A DNA stretch of 64,000 bases from Gammaproteobacteria bacterium (GTDB lineage Bacteria > Pseudomonadota > Gammaproteobacteria > Steroidobacterales > Steroidobacteraceae): assembly GCA_009926865.1 (NCBI GenBank), contig RFOD01000002.1:28576-92575 (forward strand), given 5' to 3'. Of this stretch, positions 38,779 through 48,632 are shown piece by piece. The notes under the pieces were generated by a model. The model was not told the DNA's origin and did not search any database. It was given only the letters and a program-made list of their open reading frames with translations. Made by a program: the position numbers and the translations under genes. How positions within the stretch are numbered: the first letter of the stretch is position 1; each line of letters opens with the position of its first letter.

Positions 38779-39575
38779 GGCTCACTCTCCGTTGAAATGC
38801 AGACTGGGCAATCACCAGTTTGGGGTAGCGACGGTAGTGTTACCCCGCGTTCAATCAAATCAGGGATGAGATTTGGCTGGTGGGTGCGACAATCTTTGGA
38901 CATCGGCTGGCTTTTACCTGCGATAGCGGCGCGCACAGCCGCGACCGAACCTTCGATTACAGGGACACGAGCTAATTTTTGAAGCTCGAGTCCGATAGGC
39001 CCCATGCAGGTACAGCCAAGAACGATACTGTTTGCGCCTTGCTGCATCAGTTTTTCGCCGGACGCTTGTAAGGTTCGGATGATGTCGGATTCTTGTCGTG
39101 CCATGCGCTGCATGACGCCTGTTTCGTCTGCAAGACGCTCCAGTTCGTCTTCGTTTTGCACGTGATGTAGTGCGACACATCGGGCCTCAAGTCGCAAACT
39201 GCGTAGCCGCTCGGTATATAGAAAGCCCATCGAAGCCGGCCAGACGGTCACGATGCCAAAGAGGCCTTGATCGGCTGCTTCCGCTAGAGCTGACTCACCC
39301 GCGCCATAAACGGGCACATCCACCACGGCGCGCGCCGCATCGATTCCATAATCTGCGAAGGAATTGATGACAATGGCGTCGGCCCCCTCGGCAGCAGCTT
39401 GTTGACAGGCATCAACATACCCGACATCGACCAATAGTCGCTCATAAGCGGTAAAGGCAAAGAGCGATAAGCGAGGTTGAACCAATGCGAGTTCGACACC
39501 CGGACGAGCTAACTCTCGTAGATGGGGAGGCAGCGTGGGGCTTTGGCTACCCGATCCGATGATCGCAATCTTCAT
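38775..39575 (-). CDS. Asp/Glu/hydantoin racemase-family protein
   Basis: About 266 aa with ADAIVINSFADYG and IVLGCTCMG, typical of PF01177-like racemases. ATGA overlap with the downstream peptidase gene. Confidence 0.7.
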   Translation of the reverse strand: MKIAIIGSGSQSPTLPPHLRELARPGVELALVQPRLSLFAFTAYERLLVDVGYVDACQQAAAEGADAIVINSFADYGIDAARAVVDVPVYGAGESALAEAADQGLFGIVTVWPASMGFLYTERLRSLRLEARCVALHHVQNEDELERLADETGVMQRMARQESDIIRTLQASGEKLMQQGANSIVLGCTCMGPIGLELQKLARVPVIEGSVAAVRAAIAGKSQPMSKDCRTHQPNLIPDLIERGVTLPSLPQTGDCPVCISTESEP

Positions 39576-39669
39576 AGGCGTAGAGGCTAAGCGATCCTCT
39601 TACCGGAGGCCATTGGTTAAGTGCATACTGCGTGCGGTACGGTGATGGCTACAAGGTAGTGTACGAGTC

Positions 39670-40101
39670 ATGTCTTATCGAGACGCGGGGATCGTAGTGG
39701 GTGCAGCGCGGACGGAGCGGGCCAGCGCGATCGACCTCGTACGTCAATGGTTTGATGCGGTACATCAAGGGCAGTCAGAGAAAGCGATGGCGCTGATGGG
39801 ATCGCCGATGACTATCAGTATTTCCGGTGGCCATCGATTTTCTCGTTTCGAAGAGTTCCTAGTCTTTGCGTCCAAGCGGTACGCGGGCATTCGTAAGCAG
39901 GTCGAAGCGTTTGAAGCCTGTGAGGCTCCAGGTGGGGTTGCGGTGTACGCACGGGGACATCTGAGCGGAAATTGGCAAGATGGCACGACCTTCGAGTCGG
40001 TGCGATGGTGCGATCGCTTTTTAGTGAGTCAGGGGCAGATCACCGATCTGCAAACTTGGAGTGATATCGCGGAGACTCGCTTGCCCCCTCTTGCCGATTG
40101 A
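39670..40101 (+). CDS. NTF2/SnoaL-like fold protein
   Basis: About 143 aa with a pattern typical of the SnoaL_2/DUF4440 family: LVRQWFDAVHQG ... VAVYARGHLSG ... RWCDRFLVSQGQITDLQTWSD. Confidence 0.55.
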   Translation: MSYRDAGIVVGAARTERASAIDLVRQWFDAVHQGQSEKAMALMGSPMTISISGGHRFSRFEEFLVFASKRYAGIRKQVEAFEACEAPGGVAVYARGHLSGNWQDGTTFESVRWCDRFLVSQGQITDLQTWSDIAETRLPPLAD

Positions 40102-40119
40102 TCGCTACACTAGGATCCC

Positions 40120-41163
40120 ATGAGCGAATTACTTGATCGATATGTGGCATTGGCGTTGCAGATCGACTGTGACGGGGTGCATGTGGATTCGGACCGTGCG
40201 TCAGCAGCACAGCGCATGCAGCGCTCGTTGCGTCGTATTGACTCGGCGATCGGGGGCGCGCGTCGCTGGATTGGTGCTGATTTGCGGTTGGTGGTGTTGC
40301 CTGAATACATCCTCACTGGGCCACCTTGGGGCGAAGCTATTCCAGAGTGGGCCGATAAGGCGGCGTTGGCGCTTGATGGTCCTGAGTACGATGAGCTGGC
40401 CCGCCTTGCCGAAAAGCATGCCGTCTATCTGGCGGGTAACGGCTATGAGCTGGACCCTCATTTTCCGGGACTCTATTTTCAGGCGTGTTGGGTGTTTGCC
40501 CCGAATGGCGAGCGTATTCTGCGCTATCGACGCTTGATCTCGATTTTCGCACCGACTCCGCACGACGTGTGGGACAAGTACCTCGACATCTACGGCTTAG
40601 AGGCCGTGTTTCCGGTCGCGGTGACGCCGATCGGTAAGCTCGCAGCGATTGCTTCCGAAGAAATCCTCTATCCTGAAATTGCTCGTGCACATGCCATTCG
40701 TGGTGCCGAGGTTTTTCTTCACTCGACCAGCGAGGTTGCTTCGCCAAAATTAACGATCAAACAAATTGCGCGACGCGCACGTGCGCTCGAAAATTTGGCG
40801 TATGTGGTGTCAGCGAATAACGCAAGTTTGCATGGTATTGACGTCCCCATTGATTCAAGTAACGGTTTCTCGGACATCATCGATTATCAAGGGCAGCAGA
40901 TGGTGGTCGCCGGGGTGGGCGAGTCATCTGTCGCGAGTGCTTCTTTGGATATGGCGGGATTGCGTGCATACCGACGACGGCCGGCGATGGGTAATATGCT
41001 CTCGCGACAGGCGCTCGAGCTCTTTGCGCATTTTGGTGAGGCGGATTTGCGCCGTGCAAATGGTTTGTTGCAGGGTGATAAAGTCATCATTCCCGATCGT
41101 AGTTATTTCCAACAACGACAGGCTGATGCCATTGCGCGCATGATCGAGCGCGGAATTCTTTGA
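40120..41163 (+). CDS. Carbon-nitrogen hydrolase (nitrilase superfamily) protein with atypical catalytic positions
   Basis: CN_hydrolase layout: LVVLPEY (Glu), YRRLISIF where YRKxHLF is expected, and IGKLAAIASEEILYPE where G.ICxDxxFPE is expected. Confidence 0.75.
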   Translation: MSELLDRYVALALQIDCDGVHVDSDRASAAQRMQRSLRRIDSAIGGARRWIGADLRLVVLPEYILTGPPWGEAIPEWADKAALALDGPEYDELARLAEKHAVYLAGNGYELDPHFPGLYFQACWVFAPNGERILRYRRLISIFAPTPHDVWDKYLDIYGLEAVFPVAVTPIGKLAAIASEEILYPEIARAHAIRGAEVFLHSTSEVASPKLTIKQIARRARALENLAYVVSANNASLHGIDVPIDSSNGFSDIIDYQGQQMVVAGVGESSVASASLDMAGLRAYRRRPAMGNMLSRQALELFAHFGEADLRRANGLLQGDKVIIPDRSYFQQRQADAIARMIERGIL

Positions 41164-41167
41164 CGAT

Positions 41168-42163
41168 ATGCCAAGACGGGTAATCCATGAGACATACGGC
41201 AGGGCTCGTGATGTCTTGCTGTTGCAAGAGCACGCCTCAGAGACCCCGGCTGCCGATGAAGTGATCGTGCGTATGGAGGCGGCCGCCATGCATATCGCCG
41301 ATCTCCGTACCATTGAAGGCGTCGATACGTTTCGCTTTCCATTGCCCCGTACGCCCGGCTTTGAGGGGATTGGGAATATCGTGCGGGTGGGCTCAGCGGT
41401 ATCTCAATGGCAGATCGGCGATCGGGTATTTCCGCCTTTGGGCTCTGGAACTTTTTGCGAAGAACTGCGCTGCAAGGCTGCTACCTGTTTGCCTGCGCCC
41501 GCAGGCGATGCCTTGCAGCTGAGTTTGCTGACCGTTAACGGACCCACTGCGGCTGTGATGTTGGAGGACTTCGCATCATTACAGCCGGGTGATTGGTTGA
41601 TTCAGAACGCCGCGAATTCGAGCTGCGGACGCTATTTAATTCGATTGGCTAGTCTCCGAGGGATTCACACAGTGAATGTCGTGCGGCGCGTAGAGCTTAT
41701 CGATGAGTTATTGGCGTTAGGTGGCGATGTGGTGTTACTTGACGGTGAAGATCTTGCGCGACGAGTCGCTGAGGCTACGCATCACGCGCCCATCAAGTTG
41801 GGAATAGATGCCGTCTCTGGACCAGCGACTCAGCGTTTGGCTGAATGTTTGGCCGAGAGTAGTCCCTTGATTTCGTATGGGTCGATGACAAATCAACGAT
41901 GTGAAATCGATTTTTATTTGATGTTCCGCCAGGGCATCACACTACATGGCCTAAGCTTCGTCCGGCAATTCCGACAACGTACGCCTGAGGCAGTCAAAGC
42001 CTTGTACGCTGAGCTTGCTAAGTTGATGTCAGAGGGCGAGTTAGTGGCTAAGATCGCGGCCGTTTATCCTCTCGAAGATATTGTTAAAGCCTGCGAGCAC
42101 GCTGCTCGCTGCGGCGAAGACCGTGAAGGCAAAGTAATCATCGCGTTCAATCACTCAACTTAA
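41168..42163 (+). CDS. MDR-superfamily enoyl/quinone reductase
   Basis: GFEGIGNIVRVG, and a nucleotide-binding region NAANSSCGRYLIRLA. Confidence 0.78.
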   Translation: MPRRVIHETYGRARDVLLLQEHASETPAADEVIVRMEAAAMHIADLRTIEGVDTFRFPLPRTPGFEGIGNIVRVGSAVSQWQIGDRVFPPLGSGTFCEELRCKAATCLPAPAGDALQLSLLTVNGPTAAVMLEDFASLQPGDWLIQNAANSSCGRYLIRLASLRGIHTVNVVRRVELIDELLALGGDVVLLDGEDLARRVAEATHHAPIKLGIDAVSGPATQRLAECLAESSPLISYGSMTNQRCEIDFYLMFRQGITLHGLSFVRQFRQRTPEAVKALYAELAKLMSEGELVAKIAAVYPLEDIVKACEHAARCGEDREGKVIIAFNHST

Positions 42164-43128
42164 TCGTTAACGAGCACCACTTTCCCAAAGTGACGTCGCT
42201 CGTCCACCATCTGATGGGCTCTCACTAATTCGCTCATCGGGAGTGTTTGATCGACAACTGCTTTGAAGTGACCTGAGGCAAACAGTGGTAGTGCCACTTC
42301 GCGAAAACTTTTCATGGTAATCGGCATGAATAAAGCGCTAGATGAAATACTCATCGCCATCAATTGTAGATTTCGCATACCGATGTTGAGACTGAAACAC
42401 ACCTTGCGTCCGCCCGTACTACCGTACATCACGATTCGGCCTTCAGCGGCCATGGCGCCAAACAACGCTTCTGCGGTTTCTTCGCCAATGGTCATAAGCC
42501 CGATATCGATACCATGACCGTGTGTATCCGCGTGTACTGCTGAGATGAGGTCTGATTCTTTGTAGTTGTAGGTGGCATCAGCACCCGCTTCGAGGGCGCG
42601 CTCACACTTATCTTGTCGACTCGCAGTTCCTGCCACCCAGCAGCCTTGCCATTTGGCAATTTGCAGCGCAGCACTACCCACGCTGCTTGCCACAGCCTCA
42701 ATTAAAACTTTTTCTCCAGCGCGTGCTTTAGCGACCGTCATCAACGCGTGCCAGGCGGTCAACCAGCCGACTGGTATCGCCGCGGCTTCGACAAAGCTCA
42801 TATTGGCTGGCATCGGGAGGCTATGCGCTGCATCAAATAATACATGCGTAGCATGCGAGCCTCGAGCTCGCCCGAAGACTCTGTCGCCGACCGCAAAGCC
42901 AGCGACATTTGAGCCGATCGCTTCGATGACACCCGCTGATTCCATACCCATTAAGAACGGGAGTTCTTGACCTGAGTAGGTACCGGCACGCATACGCGTC
43001 TCAGCAAAGTTGATTCCTGAGGCATGCACGCGGACCCTTAACTGGCCAGGGCCAGGCTGCGGATCGTCCATGGATACCCAGCGCATGACCTCGGGTCCGC
43101 CGAAACGCTCAACTTGCCAGGCGTGCAT
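42160..43128 (-). CDS. NADPH:quinone oxidoreductase (MDR superfamily)
   Basis: GMESAGVIEAIG, AVASSVGSAALQIAK, and C-terminal HFGKVVLV. Confidence 0.85.
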   Translation of the reverse strand: MHAWQVERFGGPEVMRWVSMDDPQPGPGQLRVRVHASGINFAETRMRAGTYSGQELPFLMGMESAGVIEAIGSNVAGFAVGDRVFGRARGSHATHVLFDAAHSLPMPANMSFVEAAAIPVGWLTAWHALMTVAKARAGEKVLIEAVASSVGSAALQIAKWQGCWVAGTASRQDKCERALEAGADATYNYKESDLISAVHADTHGHGIDIGLMTIGEETAEALFGAMAAEGRIVMYGSTGGRKVCFSLNIGMRNLQLMAMSISSSALFMPITMKSFREVALPLFASGHFKAVVDQTLPMSELVRAHQMVDERRHFGKVVLVND

Positions 43129-43778
43129 CAGCGGCGGCTCTGGAAAAAGCTAAATACGGCTGTCTGATAGCGCTCAATAAAAGCTTGAGTCGGCTGAGTG
43201 CTTTGCAGGTGGTGCCACCAAGCCGACAGTTTGGGCAGATCGGCGTAGGGGTCGGCAATATCATATCGACTAGCAATGATGCTCATCAGTTGTAGGCAGG
43301 GGAGCATTGCGCAATCGGCATAGCCTAGCGTCGAGCCCAACGCGAACGGTCCACTGCCCATGAAGTGCTCAAGTTGGGATAACGCTTTCAAATAAGCGTC
43401 TTTGCCTGCCGCGACCTCTGTCTCATTACGTTTAGTGGGATCTAGGCCAGCAAATAGAGGGCGTGTTGCTGCCATCACGTAAAGATCAACAATACGTCCC
43501 AAGAGGCGGGCTTTGGCGCGTAGGAGCGGATCTTGAGAGAGCAGCGAGGGCGTAGGATGCGCCTCTTCCAGATAATCCATAATGACCATGGATTCGGCGA
43601 TGCAGTCATCGCCCACTTTGAGCGCCGGCATTTTTCCCATGGGGTTCAGCGCAAGGAATTCCGGTGATTTTAAATCTCCGCCTGGTATAGGCTGTGGTTC
43701 CAAAGAAATTCCTTTGAGTTCAGCCGCCAAAACGACGCGAGCAACATAGGGGGAAACTAGGTGGCCATATAAATTCAT
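43128..43778 (-). CDS. Glutathione S-transferase
   Basis: N-terminal thioredoxin-like GST domain (LYGHLVSPYVARV ... NPMGKMPAL) plus an alpha-helical C-terminal domain. Confidence 0.85.
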   Translation of the reverse strand: MNLYGHLVSPYVARVVLAAELKGISLEPQPIPGGDLKSPEFLALNPMGKMPALKVGDDCIAESMVIMDYLEEAHPTPSLLSQDPLLRAKARLLGRIVDLYVMAATRPLFAGLDPTKRNETEVAAGKDAYLKALSQLEHFMGSGPFALGSTLGYADCAMLPCLQLMSIIASRYDIADPYADLPKLSAWWHHLQSTQPTQAFIERYQTAVFSFFQSRR

Positions 43779-44992
43779 GAGGAGGTTCCTCTAGTGTGTG
43801 GGCGATGAGTCAGGGTCATCCAGAAAACAAAGAGCAAGAGCGGTAGGGTTATCAGATTAAGAATCTCCCAGCCGAGCGTTTCAATTGCGGTTCCGGCTAG
43901 TAGGGAGGCTGCAGCTTGGCAGCCAAACACCGCAAAATCATTGAACCCCTGTGCTCGAAAGCGTTCTTCTGGGCGATAGGTACTACCCAGTTGAGTGGTC
44001 GCTGCCACGAACATTAGATTCCAGCCCACCCCCAGTAATACCAGCGCCCAAAAATAATGTATGAAATCATGGCCCACCCAAGCGCAGATGGCGACGCAAG
44101 CGACGTTAGCGGCGATACCGAGCAACATCATATTGCGAATACCGAGCATTCGTACGATTAAGGGGCTGACCAGGGAGGGGAGATACATACCCAGTAAGTG
44201 AGCGGTAATCACGGTCGTCGTTTGTGCACTACTAAAACCATCATGCACATGCATGCTAAGGGGCGTGGCTGTCATGATGAAACTCATCACAGCATAGGAT
44301 GCGAGTCCGCCCATGACGGCGAGTCGATAGCGTCTATCACACAAAATCTCACGTAGGCTGCGTCCCTGATCCACCGCCGTTGTTGAGGCGAGGGTGCTTG
44401 ACTTCGCGTCCGTCATCGGTGAAGGCGTCTGACTGGGGGAGTCTGTCGGTAGTCGTGACAGTACTGCAGCCGCTGCGATACAAATTCCCGAAAGGATGAC
44501 AAAGGAGCCTGTGAATTCCTGCCAATCACCAAGGTGGCTCGCACGTTGACCTAATGTTGGGCCAATAATGGCAGCGGCGAGCGTCCCAATCATGACAGTC
44601 GAGACCGCTTTGCCTGCATCCCTTTCGCTCACAAACTCCATCGCTGCGAAGCGGTACTGGTGTACAAAGGCCATGTTGGCGCCAATGAAAAACGCGGCAA
44701 AGCACAAACCTATGAAATAGCCGTGTGCGATACTATAAGCGCACAGTAAGGCACCAATCGCAGCGATTAATGCACTGGCGATGAACGCCCGTTTCCGTCC
44801 AATGCGTTGCATCAGAAGTGATGCGGGTAAGGACGTCGCTGCCAATCCCAGGATCGACATGGATAGCGGCAGCGTTGCAAGGGCGGGTTCAGGTGCGATG
44901 CGCGTGCCAACAATGCCACCAAACGACACCAGAATAATCGTGCCACATGCAGCAAAGGCCTGGGCGAGAGTCAGAATCCAGACGTGTTGCAT
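43775..44992 (-). CDS. MFS transporter
   Basis: About 12 predicted TM helices. MFS loop motif LMQRIGRKR. Start taken at Met17 (MQHVWILTLAQ). Confidence 0.85.
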   Translation of the reverse strand: MQHVWILTLAQAFAACGTIILVSFGGIVGTRIAPEPALATLPLSMSILGLAATSLPASLLMQRIGRKRAFIASALIAAIGALLCAYSIAHGYFIGLCFAAFFIGANMAFVHQYRFAAMEFVSERDAGKAVSTVMIGTLAAAIIGPTLGQRASHLGDWQEFTGSFVILSGICIAAAAVLSRLPTDSPSQTPSPMTDAKSSTLASTTAVDQGRSLREILCDRRYRLAVMGGLASYAVMSFIMTATPLSMHVHDGFSSAQTTTVITAHLLGMYLPSLVSPLIVRMLGIRNMMLLGIAANVACVAICAWVGHDFIHYFWALVLLGVGWNLMFVAATTQLGSTYRPEERFRAQGFNDFAVFGCQAAASLLAGTAIETLGWEILNLITLPLLLFVFWMTLTHRPHTRGTSS

Positions 44993-45078
44993 GCGTAGGG
45001 GTATCGATATCGTCGCGCAGTGATCAGTAAAGCAGCGCACAGTATATCCGCTTGACCCCCTGAGTTATGCTTTGTCGC

Positions 45079-45390
45079 ATGACGGACACCACGACTCATA
45101 CGCAAGCCCCGAAGCCAGCGCCGCAGCCCGCCTTTTTTGACAACCCTGTGATCGATAACTTGATTGCAGTGACGCTCGAGTTGGGCGCTGAGCTTTGGGT
45201 ACAACGAGAGCGTATGCGCATCGTCGAGCGATTGCTGGCTGAAAAGGGGATGGTGACTCCTGAGCTGATCGAAGCGTATACCCCGAGCCCTGAAGAAGCG
45301 GAGCGATCCAAAGCTGAGCGTGATGCATTCGTCCAGCGCGTGTTCGGCGTCTTCGGACGCGAGATGGTTAAGGCGACGCCCGACCCGTGA
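45079..45390 (+). CDS. Small conserved-looking hypothetical protein upstream of ilvA
   Basis: About 103 aa, helical and charged. Its stop overlaps the GTG start of ilvA (GTGA). Confidence 0.45.
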   Translation: MTDTTTHTQAPKPAPQPAFFDNPVIDNLIAVTLELGAELWVQRERMRIVERLLAEKGMVTPELIEAYTPSPEEAERSKAERDAFVQRVFGVFGREMVKATPDP

Positions 45391-46928
45391 GTGACAAGAT
45401 GAGCGTGCGTGAGCTGTCTCCGTACATAGAACGTATCTTGCGCGCGCGCGTTTATGATGTGGCGATCGAGTCGCCTCTTGAGCTCGCGCCAAGACTTTCG
45501 CGTCGAGTCAATAATTCAATATGGTTGAAGCGAGAAGATATGCAAAGTGTCTTTTCGTTCAAGCTACGCGGCGCGTATAACAAAATTTCGCAATTATCTA
45601 AGCAGGACGCCGCGCGCGGGGTCATTTGCGCATCTGCCGGAAATCATGCTCAGGGCGTCGCATTGGCGGCGCGAGCACGGGGCCTCTCAGCGGTGATTGT
45701 CATGCCCGTCACCACGCCCGAGATCAAAGTTCAAGCCGTGGTGGCGCTCGGCGGACAGGTGCTTTTGGAAGGCGATGATTACGATGCCGCATTTGCCCAT
45801 GCCTCCGAATTGGCAGAGGAGCGCGACCTGACTTTTGTACATCCGTTCGACGATCCCGATGTGATCGCCGGGCAAGGTACGATCGGAATGGAACTATCCC
45901 GCCAAACGGGAGGCGACATGCACGCGGTGTTCGTGCCCGTCGGGGGTGGGGGCTTGATTGCTGGCATCGCCGCCTATCTGAAGTATGTCCATCCTCATGT
46001 CCGGATCATTGGCGTGAACGCGGAAGACTCCACCGCGATGCATGACTCACTACGCCAGGGTGAACGTATCACCTTGCAAAAAGTCGGAATTTTTGCGGAC
46101 GGGGTCGCGGTCAAGAAGGTCGGCGTCGAAACTTTCGCGTTATGCCGTGATTTGGTCGATGAGATGATCCTGGTCAGCACCGACGAAATTTGTGCGGGCA
46201 TACAAGATATTTTTGAAGACACTCGGTCAATCGTTGAGCCCTCGGGCGCGATGGCTATCGCCGCCATCAAAAAATATATCGCTCGAGAGAATATTAATGA
46301 TCAGCGGCTCGTCGCGATTAATTGCGGTGCGAATATGAATTTTGATCGTCTGCGTCACGTTGCAGAACGCGCGGACTTGGGCGGTGAGCGAGAAGCGCTT
46401 TTCGCCGTCAAAATCCCTGAGAAGCCAGGTAGTTTTTTGCAACTTTGCCAAGCGCTTGGCGCGCGGCAAGTAACAGAGTTCAACTATCGTTTGGGTGCGG
46501 GTGATTTCGCGGAGATATTTTTAGGGTTTGCGTTGCGGCGGGGCTGGGAGGAACGTGACGAGGTCATGAAAGCCTTGGAACAAGCAGGGTTTGCGGTCAC
46601 AGATCTAACGGATAATGAGCTCGCCAAGTTACACGTGCGTTATATGGTGGGCGGACGTTTAGCGGGACTGGTCGACGAACGATTATTTCGGTTTGAATTC
46701 CCGGAGCGACCCGGGGCACTGCTAAAGTTTTTACAAGCAATCGGAAGTCGGTGGAATATATCCCTGTTCCACTATCGTAACCATGGTTCAGACGCAGGCC
46801 GTGTCTTAGCGGGTATTCAGATCGCGGCAGAGAGTCACGCAGAATTCTTACAGCATTTGGTAGCGCTGCAATATCCGTGGGTTGAAGAGACCGATAACCC
46901 CGCCTATCAACGATTTTTGAGCGCGTAA
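45387..46928 (+). CDS. ilvA: Biosynthetic threonine dehydratase
   Basis: PLP site (SFKLRGA), GGGGL loop, and two C-terminal ACT-like regulatory domains. 513 aa. Confidence 0.93.
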   Translation: MSDKMSVRELSPYIERILRARVYDVAIESPLELAPRLSRRVNNSIWLKREDMQSVFSFKLRGAYNKISQLSKQDAARGVICASAGNHAQGVALAARARGLSAVIVMPVTTPEIKVQAVVALGGQVLLEGDDYDAAFAHASELAEERDLTFVHPFDDPDVIAGQGTIGMELSRQTGGDMHAVFVPVGGGGLIAGIAAYLKYVHPHVRIIGVNAEDSTAMHDSLRQGERITLQKVGIFADGVAVKKVGVETFALCRDLVDEMILVSTDEICAGIQDIFEDTRSIVEPSGAMAIAAIKKYIARENINDQRLVAINCGANMNFDRLRHVAERADLGGEREALFAVKIPEKPGSFLQLCQALGARQVTEFNYRLGAGDFAEIFLGFALRRGWEERDEVMKALEQAGFAVTDLTDNELAKLHVRYMVGGRLAGLVDERLFRFEFPERPGALLKFLQAIGSRWNISLFHYRNHGSDAGRVLAGIQIAAESHAEFLQHLVALQYPWVEETDNPAYQRFLSA

Positions 46929-46958
46929 ACTCAAGGTAGCGAAACCGCTGTTCGATCG

Positions 46959-47900
46959 ATGAGCGAACCGTATAAAATCCAATGGCAGCCCACCGAATTC
47001 CACCTTGAATTACGAGGGGTTAAGCATCGTCTTCTTCGGTGGCACGATTCATCGTCCCCAAGTACAGCACCGACGGTAGTGTTATTGCACGGCTTCCAAG
47101 ATTGCTCAGATACCTTTCAATTCTTGATTGATGCAATGCCCCGCCGGTGGCAATTCGTGGCTTTGGATTGGCGTGGGTTTGGTGGTAGTGATTGGCAAGA
47201 CGGCCCTTACTGGTTCGTCGATTATCTAGCGGATCTCGATGCCCTTCTTCAGACATTGATGCCGAACGAGCCAGTACGTGTCATTGGTCATAGTATGGGC
47301 GGCAATATCGCAGGTTCGTATGCAGGGGTACGACCAGAGCGCATTCGGTGGTTGATTTCATTGGAGGGATTTGGATTACAACGTACCTCATCAGATTTGG
47401 CTCCGCAGCGATACCGCGACTGGCTCGATCAGGTTCGCGCGGGCCCGCGTCCGTCGAAGCGCGAGTCTGTATCGACTTTGGCTGCCGCTTTGCTACGACG
47501 CAACCCACGGCTGTCGGTACCGATCGCGAACTACGTGGCCAACGCTTGGATGCGGGCGAATCCTGTAGATGGCCGCTTGGCGTTACATTTTGATCCGTGG
47601 CACCGGCTAATTAATCCAGTGCTTTATCGCCGTGAGGAAGCTGAGGCGTGTTGGCGAAACGTCGTAGCGCCCGTATTGATTGCTCTCGGTGCGGAATCGG
47701 AGTATCGGCGACGACTCGAGGCAGATGGCGACTTGGAACGCTTTATTCAATGTTTTCGTCATGCAGAGGTGGCAGACTTTGAGGGCGTCGGTCACATGTT
47801 GCACCACGAAGCACCGATTGTAATGGCGCAGAGATTTGCCGACTGGATAGAGCGACAAGAACAGCGACAAGAACAGCGATCAGATGTAGCGAGCGTTTAA
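46959..47900 (+). CDS. Alpha/beta hydrolase
   Basis: HGF oxyanion region (VVLLHGFQD), canonical nucleophile elbow (GHSMGG), C-terminal GVGHMLHHE. Confidence 0.85.
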   Translation: MSEPYKIQWQPTEFHLELRGVKHRLLRWHDSSSPSTAPTVVLLHGFQDCSDTFQFLIDAMPRRWQFVALDWRGFGGSDWQDGPYWFVDYLADLDALLQTLMPNEPVRVIGHSMGGNIAGSYAGVRPERIRWLISLEGFGLQRTSSDLAPQRYRDWLDQVRAGPRPSKRESVSTLAAALLRRNPRLSVPIANYVANAWMRANPVDGRLALHFDPWHRLINPVLYRREEAEACWRNVVAPVLIALGAESEYRRRLEADGDLERFIQCFRHAEVADFEGVGHMLHHEAPIVMAQRFADWIERQEQRQEQRSDVASV

Positions 47901-47951
47901 GGCTCCGCTACACTCGGCTAGACGAAGTAACGGAATTTCATAGTAAGGGGG

Positions 47952-48632
47952 ATGACCATGATTCGTAAATCCATGTGTGCTCTGGCAGCGGCCGGCGTAT
48001 TGGCTTTGGGAGTGTCTTCCGTCGGAGCCGCGCAGAGTGGGGCGAGTGGTTGGACGGGCGAGCTACCGGAAGAGGGCTTTCGGTATGACCCGAATTCTCA
48101 CTCACGTGAGGTGACCGAGTGCGATCGAATGGCATCGCATCCGGATGATCCGAATCGTGTTGCGCCAGGGATGTCGAGATCTAAGATTGATTTACCAAAG
48201 GCTATCGAGGCGTGTCAGCAAGCCGTGGCCAATGATCCAACAAACCCTCGCCTGAACTATTTGTTGGGGCGCACCCTCGGGTATAGCGGTCGTGGCGCCG
48301 AGGGTCTAGCCAATCGACAAGCAGCCGTGAAAGCCGGTTACCCGCAGTCTTTATTTGTGGTGGGCTACATGTCGCTCTATGGCATCAACCAGCAGCCAAA
48401 AGATGTGTGTCTCGGCGCTGAGCTGATTCGCCGAGCTGCGCTGGAAGGTCGACTGGCAGGTCAGCTTGGTTTTGTACAGTATGTTGTTACCGGTTTATTT
48501 GATGATTGCGGCGTAGCTAAAGACAAAGCCGAGATGCAGGGTTTCATCGCGGCGGCGCGTAAGCAGTTCGGTGGTGACTACTATCAGGGTCTCTTGGCAG
48601 ATCTACTCGAACGAGAGTTAAATCAGCGCTGA
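47952..48632 (+). CDS. Secreted Sel1/TPR-like repeat protein
   Basis: Signal peptide. Sel1-like repeats (AAVKAGYPQSLFVVGYMSLYG ... AALEGRLAGQLGFVQY). Confidence 0.55.
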   Translation: MTMIRKSMCALAAAGVLALGVSSVGAAQSGASGWTGELPEEGFRYDPNSHSREVTECDRMASHPDDPNRVAPGMSRSKIDLPKAIEACQQAVANDPTNPRLNYLLGRTLGYSGRGAEGLANRQAAVKAGYPQSLFVVGYMSLYGINQQPKDVCLGAELIRRAALEGRLAGQLGFVQYVVTGLFDDCGVAKDKAEMQGFIAAARKQFGGDYYQGLLADLLERELNQR

